64,000 nucleotides of DNA from Azolla caroliniana (lineage: Eukaryota > Plantae > Polypodiophyta), in the NCBI GenBank assembly GCA_043228905.1, contig JBHGNT010000002.1:3906001-3970000 (forward strand), given 5' to 3'. A program made the position numbers and the translations under genes. How positions within the stretch are numbered: the first letter of the stretch is position 1; each line of letters starts with the position of its first letter. This document shows, piece by piece, positions 13,090-24,905 of this stretch. The notes beneath the pieces are model-generated. The model worked only from the letters and a program-made list of their open reading frames with translations, made no database searches and had not been told where the DNA came from.

Positions 13090-13489
13090 GCCAAAATTGG
13101 CCCATGAGACAGTTGGTTTACAACAAAAATGGGTATTTATCCAATCATCAAAACTAAAATAAAAGTAAAGTAAAAATAGCTTAAGCTAAAAGAGTTCTAA
13201 AAGAGAGAGAGATAAAGAAAACCCTAACTTTGGGCAAAACTAAGGGCGGGCGGATCAGAGCCGTCCAATACTCGTTATCTAAAATCAAAAAGCAAAGCCC
13301 TAAACCCTAAACGCAAAACGCAAAACGCAGAAAGCAAAACGCAAAAAGCCCAAAATAAGGATTGTCTCTCTCTTTCTCTTCTGATTTTAGCTGAGGATTA
13401 TTTCATCAAACAGTGACGAGCCTGTGGGTTAGGGTTAGGGTTTGCATTCGAGGATTATTTTAGAGTGAAAGGAAGAGCGCAAGACAGAG
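13090..13489 (+). promoter_or_regulatory. Putative promoter/5' UTR of the PurE gene with telo-boxes and site II-like motifs
   Basis: AAACCCTAA at 13219-13227 and 13302-13310; GGGTTAGGGTTAGGGTTT at 13426-13443; GGCCCA at 13099-13104; AGCCCA at 13347-13352; CT-rich patch at about 13365-13382. This combination is typical of plant housekeeping promoters. Confidence 0.6.
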
Positions 13490-16400
13490 ATGGAGTCGTC
13501 TTGCTGCCATCCTCCGCTATTTCTGAGCTTTGGCGACCTTGTAACTTCTTCAACCTCCTCCTCCTGCTTTTTTGCTTCTTCTTCAAAACCGACTTCTTTT
13601 CAGCGTATCTTCTGCAATGGCAGCAGCCTGATCAGAAGCTCTCCACATCGTTGTCAACAACAACAACAACATCATCATCATCATCATCATCATCATCATA
13701 GTCGTCGTCATCATCATCATCGCTATAAAATGAGTACTTGTGCTGATCATGTATCTCCTAGAGCCGTTTCCAACGGTGAACAACAGACATTGTACCTCTC
13801 CAAAACGCATCCTTGCTTTCTCAGTTTTAAGTTGATGGTTTTGCATGTTTTCTTTCTCTCTTCTTGTTCCAAGAAATTTTGATAATTTTTTCTTTTTTAT
13901 ATTCTCTTCTTTTCTCGATAAATGTTGCACATCTGAGGGAAAAAGTATTGAAAGGAAGAACTCAAATGATTTATGACGGAAATCTGGTTTAAATACATGT
14001 TCAATTAATTTGGTTATTATACAAGCATTTTGCCTCCCATGAACAAGAGTTAAAATCATTTTTTTCACAGAATCCCTATTTTTCCTTTTAAAATCTAATG
14101 ATTGCTACATGGGTACAAGTACAATGGACTTGAAGGGGTATTCTATAGTGCTCATATAATTTGTAATTTAGATGGTTATTTGTGAATTGATAAGCTTGAA
14201 GCTTGTGAGCACCATTTCTACTTTGGAGCTGGGATGAACTTGGTGACATAGTATTCTACTTGGGGTGGATGTGGGTGCATTGTTGATTGTGAGGATTGGA
14301 GGTTTAACATTGGTTCTTCTACAAGTTCTTTGATGAGTTTTTGTAGTCAACGTGTTTTGTATTTTCTCTATCCTCTGGTGTGTTGATAAGTGTAATACAA
14401 GACCGAGCGCCAATTTAAATTACTGTGGCCATACTCTTTTTTAGCAGCTGCCATGAATTCTGCTTCTGTGGAAGAAAGTTTACGCTGTCTGGTTTCTGAA
14501 ATTGCTATGATACTGATCCTCCAGCCAAAGTAAACATAAAACCTGTTGTGGATTGCCTCGTGTCTAAGTTGCCATTGTAGTCTCATTCACACCATCCATG
14601 TAGGCCAAAATGTTCCGACAAGTTTACTCGATGATGTGCATGTTTGAGGTACCTTATTACTTTGTTTAATGTATTCCAATCAGGTGGTCTTGATTTTTCA
14701 TACATCTTAAAGATATCTCCTGATGAAACATAGATCAAGTTTTCTACAGGAAACAAAGTAGCATATATTGTTTAGTTCCTCTTCATGAGGAATTGCCTTC
14801 AGTTCTATATTTATTTTTTATTGAGAATTTATCTGACCCTAGTTTTAGACCATGCTTGGAAGGAATTAATGCTTGTTTGCAATCCATCATGTCATGCTTC
14901 GTAAGTATACCTCCATACCTATGCTGTGGCAAAGTTGATGTCGCTGAATCTTATTGAAAGTTCTAATTGGACCTATTTGATGGTTTCAATATAATTGCGA
15001 AGATATATTATGTCATCATCATAATTGGTAACATAGGATCTTCAAAGTATTGGGGTTATTCTATATAGATTGCAATGTCTAGGTTTCCATTTAGAAAGGC
15101 TGTTTGAATGTCTAGTAGATGAATCAACAGGTTTAGTTGATACAAATACCTAAAAGAACACAAAATGTTGTCATTGAAAGTATTGGAGAATAATTAGAAG
15201 AGCTTGATGTCGATGTAAGGTACATCGTGGTCGAGTTTTCTTCTCAGTAGTCATTTTTGTAAATTTGACTACTTTGTGATTGATTAATATCGATGTATCT
15301 TTTTTGTTAGTAGAATTCATTTCTGATCTCATTACCACTTCCCATTGAGGTTCTTCACGCCCTTGATAAGCCTTTGTTCATCGAATCAACCACTTATTAG
15401 AGCATACTAGCCATGTGGTTCTGTGACTTGTTTTCACAATTGTCTTGAAATTTGAATGTCTAGAGTTTGGTGAAAGCTTTCTCGAGTAGGATATCTTATG
15501 TGGGTATAATTTCATGGTATGGTGCTTCATTCTAGGGTGGGTTGGAAGCTATCTCGAGTAGTATATCTTACTTGGGTATAATTTCATGGTTTGGTGCTTC
15601 ATTATTGAAGGTTGGGTAGGGTGTTTGCTAGGTTTTCCGTAGTTGGATTATTTTTGTGACAGGTTGAGAGTGAGTAGACTTCATGATTTAGGAAGTTAAA
15701 GAGGAAGTGTGATTAATGTACTATGATTGTGTGTTTTCTTGCATAACTTGGGTTAGTAGTATATGATACATTTATTTTTGTTGTTTTTATTCTTCTTCTT
15801 TTGCTCAATAAATAAATATTGTTCTTAGTAGATCTATGTTTCTTAGAACTCTCATTTTATATTGTTGCCTTTTTTCTTCTTTTTTTAGAAAATGTTGCAA
15901 GTAATGCGTATATCATGTGTTTTGAACCTCCTAGTTTGTTGCCCTTTTTTCCATCTTCTCAAATAATGTTTTAGGTAATATAAATGTGATTTGTTTAGCC
16001 TCTCAATTTGCTGCTTTATTCTCAAAGAAATGTTGTTTCCTCCTCTGTTTCAGAAATGTTGTTGGCAATTTATATATGATATGCGTATATCATGTGTTTT
16101 GAACCTCCTAGTTTGTTAGAACTCTCTGTTTCCTACCTTTATAGAAATGTTGCAGGCTATATGTATATGAAGTTTGTTAAAACTCTTTGTTGATTATTTC
16201 CCCCATTTCTTCAAGCAAAATTGCAGGTAATATTTATATGATGTTTTTTAACCTCTCCATTTGTTGTTGCATTTTTCCGCTTTTGTTATCAAGAATTGTA
16301 TTGATGTTTGTTTAGGTTCTCTGTTGGCTGCAATTAGTATGTTATTGGCTTTTGTTTTCTTTCAAGAAATGTTGCAGGTTATGTATATATAAACATTGGT

Positions 16401-17775
16401 TTAAAACTCTCCATTTGTTGTTGCATTTTTCCGCTTTTGTTATCAAGAATTGTATTGATGTTTGTTTAGGTTCTCTGTTGGCTGCAATTAGTATGTTATT
16501 GGCTTTTGTTTTCTTTCAAGAAATGTTGCAGGTTATGTATATATAAACATTGGTTTAAAACTCTCATTTGTTGCCTTCAATTTTTCAAGAAATGATTTAG
16601 GCAATATGTGTGGAAACGAAATTTGTTAACCTTCCGATCCTTGATGATGCGAGAAAACAGCATTTTATCTGGAACAGAAGTGCTAGTTGGCATCATCATG
16701 GGGTCGGACTCTGATTTGCCAGTAATGAAAGCTTCAGCAGAGATACTTGAAACATTTAATGTAGCGTATGAAGTAAGCAAATTTCATTTGTATTCCATTA
16801 TTTTCATGTGTATACAAGGTTGAGTGCCCTAAACTGGTGTCTTGTTATGATTTTGTGAACTGTACAGTTGACTGTAGTCTCTGCACATAGGACACCTGAA
16901 AGAATGGTTGAGTATGCTAAAAGTGCACATGTACGAGGAATTAAGGTGATTATAGCTGGCGCTGGTGGTGCTGCTCATTTACCTGGTAAATATGACTTGC
17001 TTGCGCTACTTACTTGCCATTGATAGATGGTCTGTGTATGAAGACATAATAAAGTCAATTGACTGGGTTTGAAAATTTCTCATCAGGCATGGTAGCAGCA
17101 ATGACCCCTCTTCCGGTTATTGGTGTTCCTGTCAGAGGCTCATCGCTGGATGGTTTAGACTCACTTCTATCTATTGTTCAGGTACTCACATCTTTGATTA
17201 ACAGAAAAGTTGACAATAGCTCTAGGTATTACCAAAATCTAGGCACACTCATATATCTGTTTACACTTACCATGCAACTATCTATACTTACTCATACGTC
17301 TAACTATACTTTCCACAATGTAGGTCTTTGATATTAAACATCTATTTCTGCACTGAATAAGATTAGTGGCCAGCTATTAGTGGCAGCTATATCTGATACT
17401 AGAAAAATAACAATTTCTTGGATTGATAAAATGCATACATTTTAAACCATTTCTATTTCATGATATTTGACCGTAATATATCTAAGTAAAGTTTGTGAAT
17501 GAGCACAGATGCCAACAGGGGTACCTGTTGCTACAGTGGCAATCAATAATGCAATGAATGCAGGATTACTGGCAGTTCGAATACTGAGCTCCTCCGATGT
17601 TAATCTGAGAAATAAGTATGCATCTTTACTTATGCTTTCAAATCAATTCACGAGAGTAATCTTTGCTCATACTAAAGTATGTTGCAGAATATTGGTGCAC
17701 CAAAACAATATGAAAAGTACAGTGCTGGAGAAAGCTGAAAGGTTGGAAGATGTTGGGTGGCAAGCTTACTCTTGA
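13490..17775 (+). CDS. purE: PurE-only gene (class I N5-CAIR mutase) with its own transit-peptide-like exon
   Basis: Exons 13490-13791 (Ser-rich transit-like peptide; phase-2 donor TT|GTACCT matches the acceptor at 16661; alternative phase-1 pair 13775/16678), 16661-16772, 16868-16985, 17087-17181, 17509-17615, 17688-17775. Motifs [30 protein letters not shown] and [11 protein letters not shown]. PurE exons are secure; the exon-1 join is inferred. Confidence 0.88.
15527..16663 (+). repeat. Segmental duplicate copy B, homologous to 1-1006, with a private 154-bp tandem duplication
   Basis: Collinear with 1-1006. 16253-16406 is repeated at 16407-16560, whereas copy A has one unit. Confidence 0.95.
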
Positions 17776-19429
17776 AATCCATTCTTTTGAAGAATCCATA
17801 CAGAGATGTACAATATACTAGGGTTACATTATTGGAGATGTCCAATATACAAGTAGAACACATTGAAGAGGTCAAAAATCTGTAAGCCTAGTTGAATCTG
17901 GTATAATATTGAACATGAAATAAAAAAATCTGGTATAATGGAGCTTTCATACTGAGAATGAAATCACCTCAGTAGCATATAACTAGGCTGATTTAACTTA
18001 CAGCCAAAGCTGAGAAGCGGGTTTGTAATCATTTTTGAAATGACATTTTTTTATGCAATAATATAATTAAATTCGGATGATGATCTTCTTTCTTGTGTGA
18101 CTTCACTTTCCATTAGGAAATGAATCTGGGTTGGATATGAGAAGAGCAGAAGACGTCCAAAAATCTTAAGAGCAGTTGAATCTGATATAAACATGGCTCC
18201 AAGTTCAATGTGAAATCATCTATGTAGCACTGAATTTGATTTAGTTTTCAGCCGGATCTTGGAAGCTTTTACAAATATTTCTGATATGGCATTTTCATAG
18301 AATAATCTACTTAAAATTGGATTATAATATTCTCTGGTATAATTTGATTGCCATGAGAAACGAAACTGGGGTGGATATGACAAATACATAACCTTTGAAG
18401 GAAATTGAATTGTAACATTTTTGAACACTTTCATTATTTCAATCTTGTATTGCTTACTTTGTTCTGGCTTCACTATTTCTGGGATTATTTGCTAGTTATA
18501 GTTTTTCACCACTCATGGTCTTGTCCGCATAGTACTATGCTGTTCCGTGTTTTGTTATGTTCTCTGGTATTCTAGGTAGAAACGAAAGAAACATCATGTG
18601 ACATTTGATGAATCAGTGACAATTCTATTGCTGCTGAGATATATGCGATGGAATGATATTCCAGCAGCTGCTCAATCTCTGTGTTCCCTGATTGTGATCT
18701 ATTTTATGGTAACATTACTACTGTTTCTGCCTCCCTGAGGTTACAAATTGTCAAATGATGCAAGCATACTATTATCCTCCTTTCAATTGAAGATGAAAGA
18801 TGATCATGGCCTTCTTGTAAAATGCATTATATTGTACCATATATCTGGTATATAATCGTAGGGTCAATTTCCTTGCTATCTCTGTATACCTTTGTATGTA
18901 TATCCAATATGTGGAGTCAATTTGTCGGGTCTTTACATTCCTACTACTACGCGTGCTAATCTTGCTGCAAGTTTGCTCTTAACATCCCCACCATGAGCCC
19001 AAGCGAGATAAGTTTAGAAGTCAACTAGTTATGTTGTGCTAGAAGTTTCCATGGACATCCATAGCTTCAAAGGCACGTGTAGAGTGTTAAATGTTAAGTG
19101 CGAAGTCATGGAGGACCTAGAGAAATGTTGGACCGTTGTAATAGCACCAAGAGTCAAACGTTCCCACCCATGTGCACTTAGTTAGACAATCTTTGCCGTC
19201 ATACCATCTCAACATATTGGTTACATGATGAGGTTTGTTGAGTCTTTGATTGGGGTGATTGCACCTACCATTTAGAAAATTTACAACATGAGGGAATTCT
19301 ATAATCGGAGATAAGGAACAGTTCGTTGTAGTAGATCAGTTGTTTCTCAACAAGAGCATAATAGATGAAGTATTGATTCATCTCCATGCCCACATATCTT
19401 ATAAGTAACAACAATTACATGATTGTAGC

Positions 19430-19760
19430 AACACATGATCGTGTAGGGTGGAGCTCTAGTTAAGCACTTCCAAGGAAGCTCAATCATTTTTGTGTGTAAC
19501 CCGCAAGAGCGTGCACACACACATTTGTGCACAAACATATACATGTAGATGATAATATAGGGAGAAGCTCCATGTAAGCATTTCGATATTGTGCTTAACC
19601 CACAAGAGCATGCACACACACACACATACGCGCGCGCGCGCTCGTGCACAAACATATATGTGAAGATGATCATATAGGCAAAGCTCTAGGTAAGCACTTC
19701 CAAAGGGACTCCTCCATATCATGCATGAGCTGCAAGAGCGTGCATGCACATATGCCTGGA
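19430..19760. repeat. Tandem repeat of about 120 bp (3 copies) containing CA/CG dinucleotide runs
   Basis: AGCTC...TAAGCA(C/T)TTC...CAAGAGC(G/A)TGCA recurs at about 19450, 19565 and 19680. Confidence 0.75.
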
Positions 19761-20130
19761 GTACAGAACACCCACTTTGCATTCATGATGAATACAGTTA
19801 TCCAACACACACACACACACACAGTGCATGGTACTCGAGATCGATTCTATCACCTCGAGTGGCAAAGTGCCCAAGGCAAAGGTGTGCGCGACAAGTGTGG
19901 TGAGTGAGGGACACGCTCGCGTGTACATACATCCATGGACCAAAAGGTACCCATGGCCTTTTAGACGTGATATTTTAAGAGATATTCCATGGCAATATGT
20001 TATCCTCTCCCTCTCCTTCTCCTTCTCCTTCTCCTTCTCCTTCTCCATTGGTCCTTCTGTTTTTTTCTCTCTTCATGTGATATTTGTTTGTTCTTTGTTT
20101 TTTTAGAGCTAGCTTTGGGCTCATCCCCTC

Positions 20131-23100
20131 ATGGCCACTACCAGCTCCTTCACAAAATGGTCTCCTCCGGATTTCCTCAGCTTCTCCCACCACTCCAGGC
20201 CAAAGCTCATGCCCGTCTCTTCTCTGACCAATATTGCTCTGTCCACAGGTGAGTAAATAAATATATGATTGTTTCTTATTTTATTCCCAATAACCCATTT
20301 TAAAAATTGATTTATCACTCTTTCTGTGTTTCTAAAGGAATTTAGTATTTGTATAGACATCCTGAATCAGGGTCTTTGTAAACAATTTCATTCTAGTGAG
20401 CTAATGAAGAGAGAAAAGCCAGTGAAAGTTTTGCATAAGCATTATGTGGGCATCAGAAATGGGGCTTTCAATCTATGGTTTCCAAATGATTGAAAGAATA
20501 TATACACATGTCTATATATGTGTATACATATGCACATGCATAAATACATAAATACATAAATACATAAATACATAAATAGATATGTATATATAAGGATATC
20601 ATATGCATAGGATTCAACGAATAGTAATAACAATTATATGCCAGTAGCTGTATTTAATCAATGGGATTAATTAGGGTTTCATTGGTAAAAATTAAATATT
20701 GATCCAATGATATATAAACATTAATCTAATAAATAACCAATAATTAGTAATAGTAGTAAAATCTAATTATAGAGTACCAATATACATCTATGTATATATA
20801 TTTAGATCAAGATCTTTCATGATGATAAATTGTTGTCGTTGACAACAGTATATATTCATGTTTTTAAAATGGCATAATTTTATTCTAATGCATTTTGACT
20901 CACCACAAAGTATTTAAATAACTTTCTAAACTCAAGTACTTAGTAATTATAGAAAAACAAACCTTACACAAAAAAACGACTCCAGAAAGAATGTAGTTGA
21001 TTTAACACCCGAAAACATTTGTCAAGAGGAAGTCCTAGTACAAAAAGAAGACTCTATATGCTTCGAAAAAACTCTCTTATTAGAGAGAAGGGAGCTCTAG
21101 ATACCAGTAGTGATTGGGTAGCTAGCCCTTTATATACCGATTAACCTTGCCTCTGTATAGAGTCCAAACTATGACCGATGACCTAGTTGACCGACCTCTA
21201 ATAAATAATTTGGCAATTATTGTTGCCAACATTAATGTGTCATGCATACTAGACTACTACTAAATGATAGTGTGTGATGCTTTGCATGAAAAGTGTAATG
21301 GCAATATGTTTGGTATGTCAATATTGGATATGTTTCGCAACTCGTTGTTGGAAAAAGGTCATTGACATAGTTGGATGCGTTACAATGCAGTATTACACCA
21401 ATTAATCGGATAGACAGAAGAACATGTTGGGCAAACGTAAGAACTTGCCACTGAAACTTATGGTTTTGGATGACAATCATGACATGTAGCTTGTAAAGTT
21501 TATCACATTAAGAAACAATGTACTGGGCCTAAACCTTATTTGAAACCATGATGAGACCTGATCCACCTTGATATAATAATTTTGTGGGAATCTACAGGGT
21601 TGTAAAAATTTTGGTTTTACAACTAGTATATATCCTCCATGTGAAAAATTAACTTAAGGGAATGACACCAAAATAATCTTAAAGTTTAGCCTATCCATTT
21701 AATAGCCCTAAGGTTTCAAACTTTACAAGAATGCCCCAATTTTGGACCATAGAACGGTATTTTGGAAATGTCCAAAACGTTAGGGGTAATTTGGAGATTG
21801 TAGACTTAGGATGAGCTCAATACTTGTGCTTACTCCGACCTATGGCTACAATCTCCAAATTATCCCTAACGTTTTGCAAATGTCCAAAATGTTAGGGCTA
21901 ATTGGGAGATTGTAGCCATAGGTATCTTGGCAGTTAGCAAATGGTAATGGTTTTTTCTGCATGCATGTGAAAATATAACGAGTCATTTCCATCAGGCGGA
22001 TATGAGATTACTTTTCATAGTTTTATTTCCCTTTTTGTATCTAAATTGTAGCAAATCAGCCTCATCTGCGTGCTTTCTTTTAGATATGAGTTCCAGCGAT
22101 GTTGTACGTAGAAAAAACCAAGGTTGCTTTGTGTGTGCATTTCATAGCAGAATGGTCGTGTTTCTTTATATGGTCATACTATATGTTCATAATATATATT
22201 TTCACATACAGCTGGGCCATGTATGAGACTTGTTAAAGAAGAAAATGCTTATGCGGTTCGAGCAACAGTGGAACAGGCTTTGGGTAATGATCTAGAGAAC
22301 AGGGGTGATACAAATGATGATGACGATGTTTGTGAACTTGTGAGTAGGCTTGAGCTTACCTTAGGGGCAGGGGAAGATGCAATGGATGCTTACCTAGTGA
22401 AAGCCATGAAGAACAACAATGGTGCTGCTGTGTTACTCTTAACTGATGATTTCGGTTATAATGACAATGATACCCGGGACTTCGCTTATCGGTTGTCTTG
22501 TTTCGGCTACAAGTATGTTCTGCTTCTTTCTTTTGTTCATATTAATTTATATTACACTTGTGTTTGATCCACTAAAGAATAATAAATGTACAAAAATTCC
22601 CATAATTACTTCATCTTTTTTGTAGTGATACCTTATGCTACTACTTTTGTAGTGATAACTTATGCTACTACAATATGAGGATGTTAGTGAACAAAGTTCC
22701 ATTACACCTGGAAAACTCACTACTACAAATAAAAATGTTAAATACACAAATGGCTTGTAACCCATATGATTTCTGAGTTTAAGGATTTCTCTCTTGAGTT
22801 CAATGTGTTTTGCGGTAACAGAATGACCAAATTTTGTCTCTGCTATATCGTAGTGTTCTTGTGCCTGATCTATTTCGTGGAAGGCCATGGATGAAAGATA
22901 ACCCAATGAACGTGTATGAGGATTGGGCGGCTACTCATCCTCTCGAAAGGATTGTAAAGGACATAGACACCGCGGCAAATTGGTTGGTGGAAGAGATAGC
23001 TGCTGCAGGAATGAACATGAAAGTGGGACTCATTGGTTTCTCATTAGGAGGTGGCGCTATATTTGAGGTGTTGGCCAGAGATGATGGCCGACGGTTTATT

Positions 23101-23376
23101 ACCGCAGCATGCTTCTATCCGACGAATTTCAACTCAACTATAACTACTAAGATACATGTTCCTTTGTTGTTTGTTTGTGGTGACAATGATGACAAGTGTT
23201 CCCCAGATATGCTCGAATCTATCGCAACTCAGATGAGGAACACCAAAACACTCTTGTATTCAGGACGTGGTCATGGCTTTGCTCATCGTCCTAAATCTCT
23301 TGAGGAGGATGGAGATGCTGAAAATGCCTTTCTGGCCATGAAATCATGGCTTCATGAAAAGTTGGTCGCTGTTTAA
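20131..23376 (+). CDS. Dienelactone hydrolase family alpha/beta-hydrolase (carboxymethylenebutenolidase homologue), probably plastid-targeted
   Basis: Exons 20131-20248 (MATTSSFTKWSPP..., phase 1), 22212-22512 and 22854-23376 join in frame with GT-AG. Motifs GYNVLVPDLFRG, GFSLGG, PLLFVCGDND and GHGFAHR. Confidence 0.88.
20960..21231 (-). mobile_element. Short LTR plus PBS remnant in intron 1 of the hydrolase gene
   Basis: The minus strand starts TGTTGGCA at 21231, and about 125 bp later has a tRNA-iMet-type PBS variant TGGTATCTAGAGC (21106-21094). Confidence 0.4.
21773..21922. repeat. Three copies of a 38-bp unit in forward/reverse/forward orientation (foldback)
   Basis: CAAAACGTTAGGGGTAATTTGGAGATTGTAGACTTAGG at 21773-21810, a near reverse complement at 21839-21876, and a third forward copy at 21885-21922. 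Confidence 0.9.
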
Positions 23377-24837
23377 CAAAGGTACATACTAATCTTCAAC
23401 ATAATCAGATCTATATAAATGATGCCACAAAGGTTTCACAGAATTCTCTCAATATTATGGAGATGCATAAATATAGACCTAATTGCACAGCTGAAGTACT
23501 TGTATGTCTTATGCCAGAAAATTCAACATTGTAGTGGCGATCCAACATCCATTTTAAGAAACAATCTACATTGTATTATGGTTTAGTCATGTACGCACAG
23601 AGATGATTTTCTCACGTTAGTAGATAGCAAGGTTGGAGATTGCATACCCCAAACTCAACCCGCAAGAGCACCCTTCATTTTGTACATTGTAGTGCCATTG
23701 TGGAACATTATCAATTATTGTGCCATTGTGGAACATTGTGCTGTTTTGGATTTGATGATTGTACACTATTATTTATTGAACTTTCTCGATTGTTTTGAGG
23801 TGGTATCCATGACCTCAAATATTGTATAGCATAATTATGTCGACTTAGGGTAGTATGGACATGTATTTCTTTTGGAAGTAGGATACAAAAGGTTTATCTT
23901 AGGGTTTCACATAGTTTGTGAATCCTCTCTGTAACTAAATATATTGACAGGAAGATTGCGTTTCCTCAATAATGATAATTGTAAATGAAAAGTTGATATG
24001 AAAAATGTAACTCTTAAGAAAGAAAAGATGGGTTAGTTGATTTCAATATGTTGACATGGTAAGTATTAAATCTAGAATTGTATGGAAATTTGGACATTTT
24101 ATATTAAATGGGGATCTCACATGGTGATAAAAATATTGAACGAGATGATTGTTTATAACAATCCATAAGTTTTATTTTCTCAAAGGAAAACTTAAACATC
24201 ATTGGCTATTTGAAATTCATGAAATAGACCTTACAAGCACATGTTTGTTGATTATTAGTGTAATAATGAAAGAAAGAGTTTTCTTCTAAATTGAATCAAA
24301 TATCTCTTTGATATTGGTCTACTTATTAACTATATTATTAACATACAAATCTATATGAGACAATTGTCAATGGTGTGCATGCTCTTGACATTTGGATGTA
24401 ATAATATAAAGGCATCTCACACCATGTTGTGCATGCTCTTGACACCTAGATGTAATATATGAATGATTATCTATGCATACTTTTCTCTATGACTATTAAA
24501 ATATGTCCAAAAAAACCATAAGTACTTTGGCGGCAACTATTGAAATATAACCAACAGGTTTAGTTTTCTTGCGAGGTTCAATATCTTGATCATTTATGTT
24601 TGATTGCATGTAACATGCTCTTGTTAACTTTGGTTGCTTGCATGTCTCTAGTTTATAAGCCATTTTTTATTATGAACTCGGTTATTTCAAATGCAAATGC
24701 CACTTTCTTACCGTTGTCGAAAGATTCAAGTTATAAACGATCTTCATGGACAAGGCAAAGACAAATGGAAGGTTAACAAAAGAATGAAATTGTGTTCTCA
24801 TGCTAAAAGGAAATTTGTATGTAACGAGAGAGAGATA

Positions 24838-24905
24838 GATGTAGCTCAGTTGGTCAGGTTGCCCAATGGAGACCAGGTGGTCATGGGCTCAACCCCTACA
24901 TTCCA
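24838..24905 (+). other. Degenerate tRNA-derived sequence (SINE head or tRNA pseudogene)
   Basis: A-box-like TAGCTCAGTTGG at 24842-24853, B-box-like GGCTCAACCCC at 24886-24896, ends in CCA. No convincing anticodon arm. Confidence 0.5.

Noticed and set aside
19989-20252. 87-aa Leu-rich ORF as exon 1 (signal peptide) of the hydrolase
   Set aside because: Its phase at the 20248 donor does not match exon 2, and the poly-Leu comes from a (CTCCTT)n repeat. ATG 20131 gives the right phase and a transit-like peptide.
20357-20478. Possible extra hydrolase exon
   Set aside because: The acceptor phase fits, but I found no phase-1 donor to rejoin exon 22212; unsupported without RNA data.
24838-24905. 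Functional tRNA gene
   Set aside because: No proper anticodon stem-loop, a degenerate T-arm, and no oligo-T terminator directly downstream.
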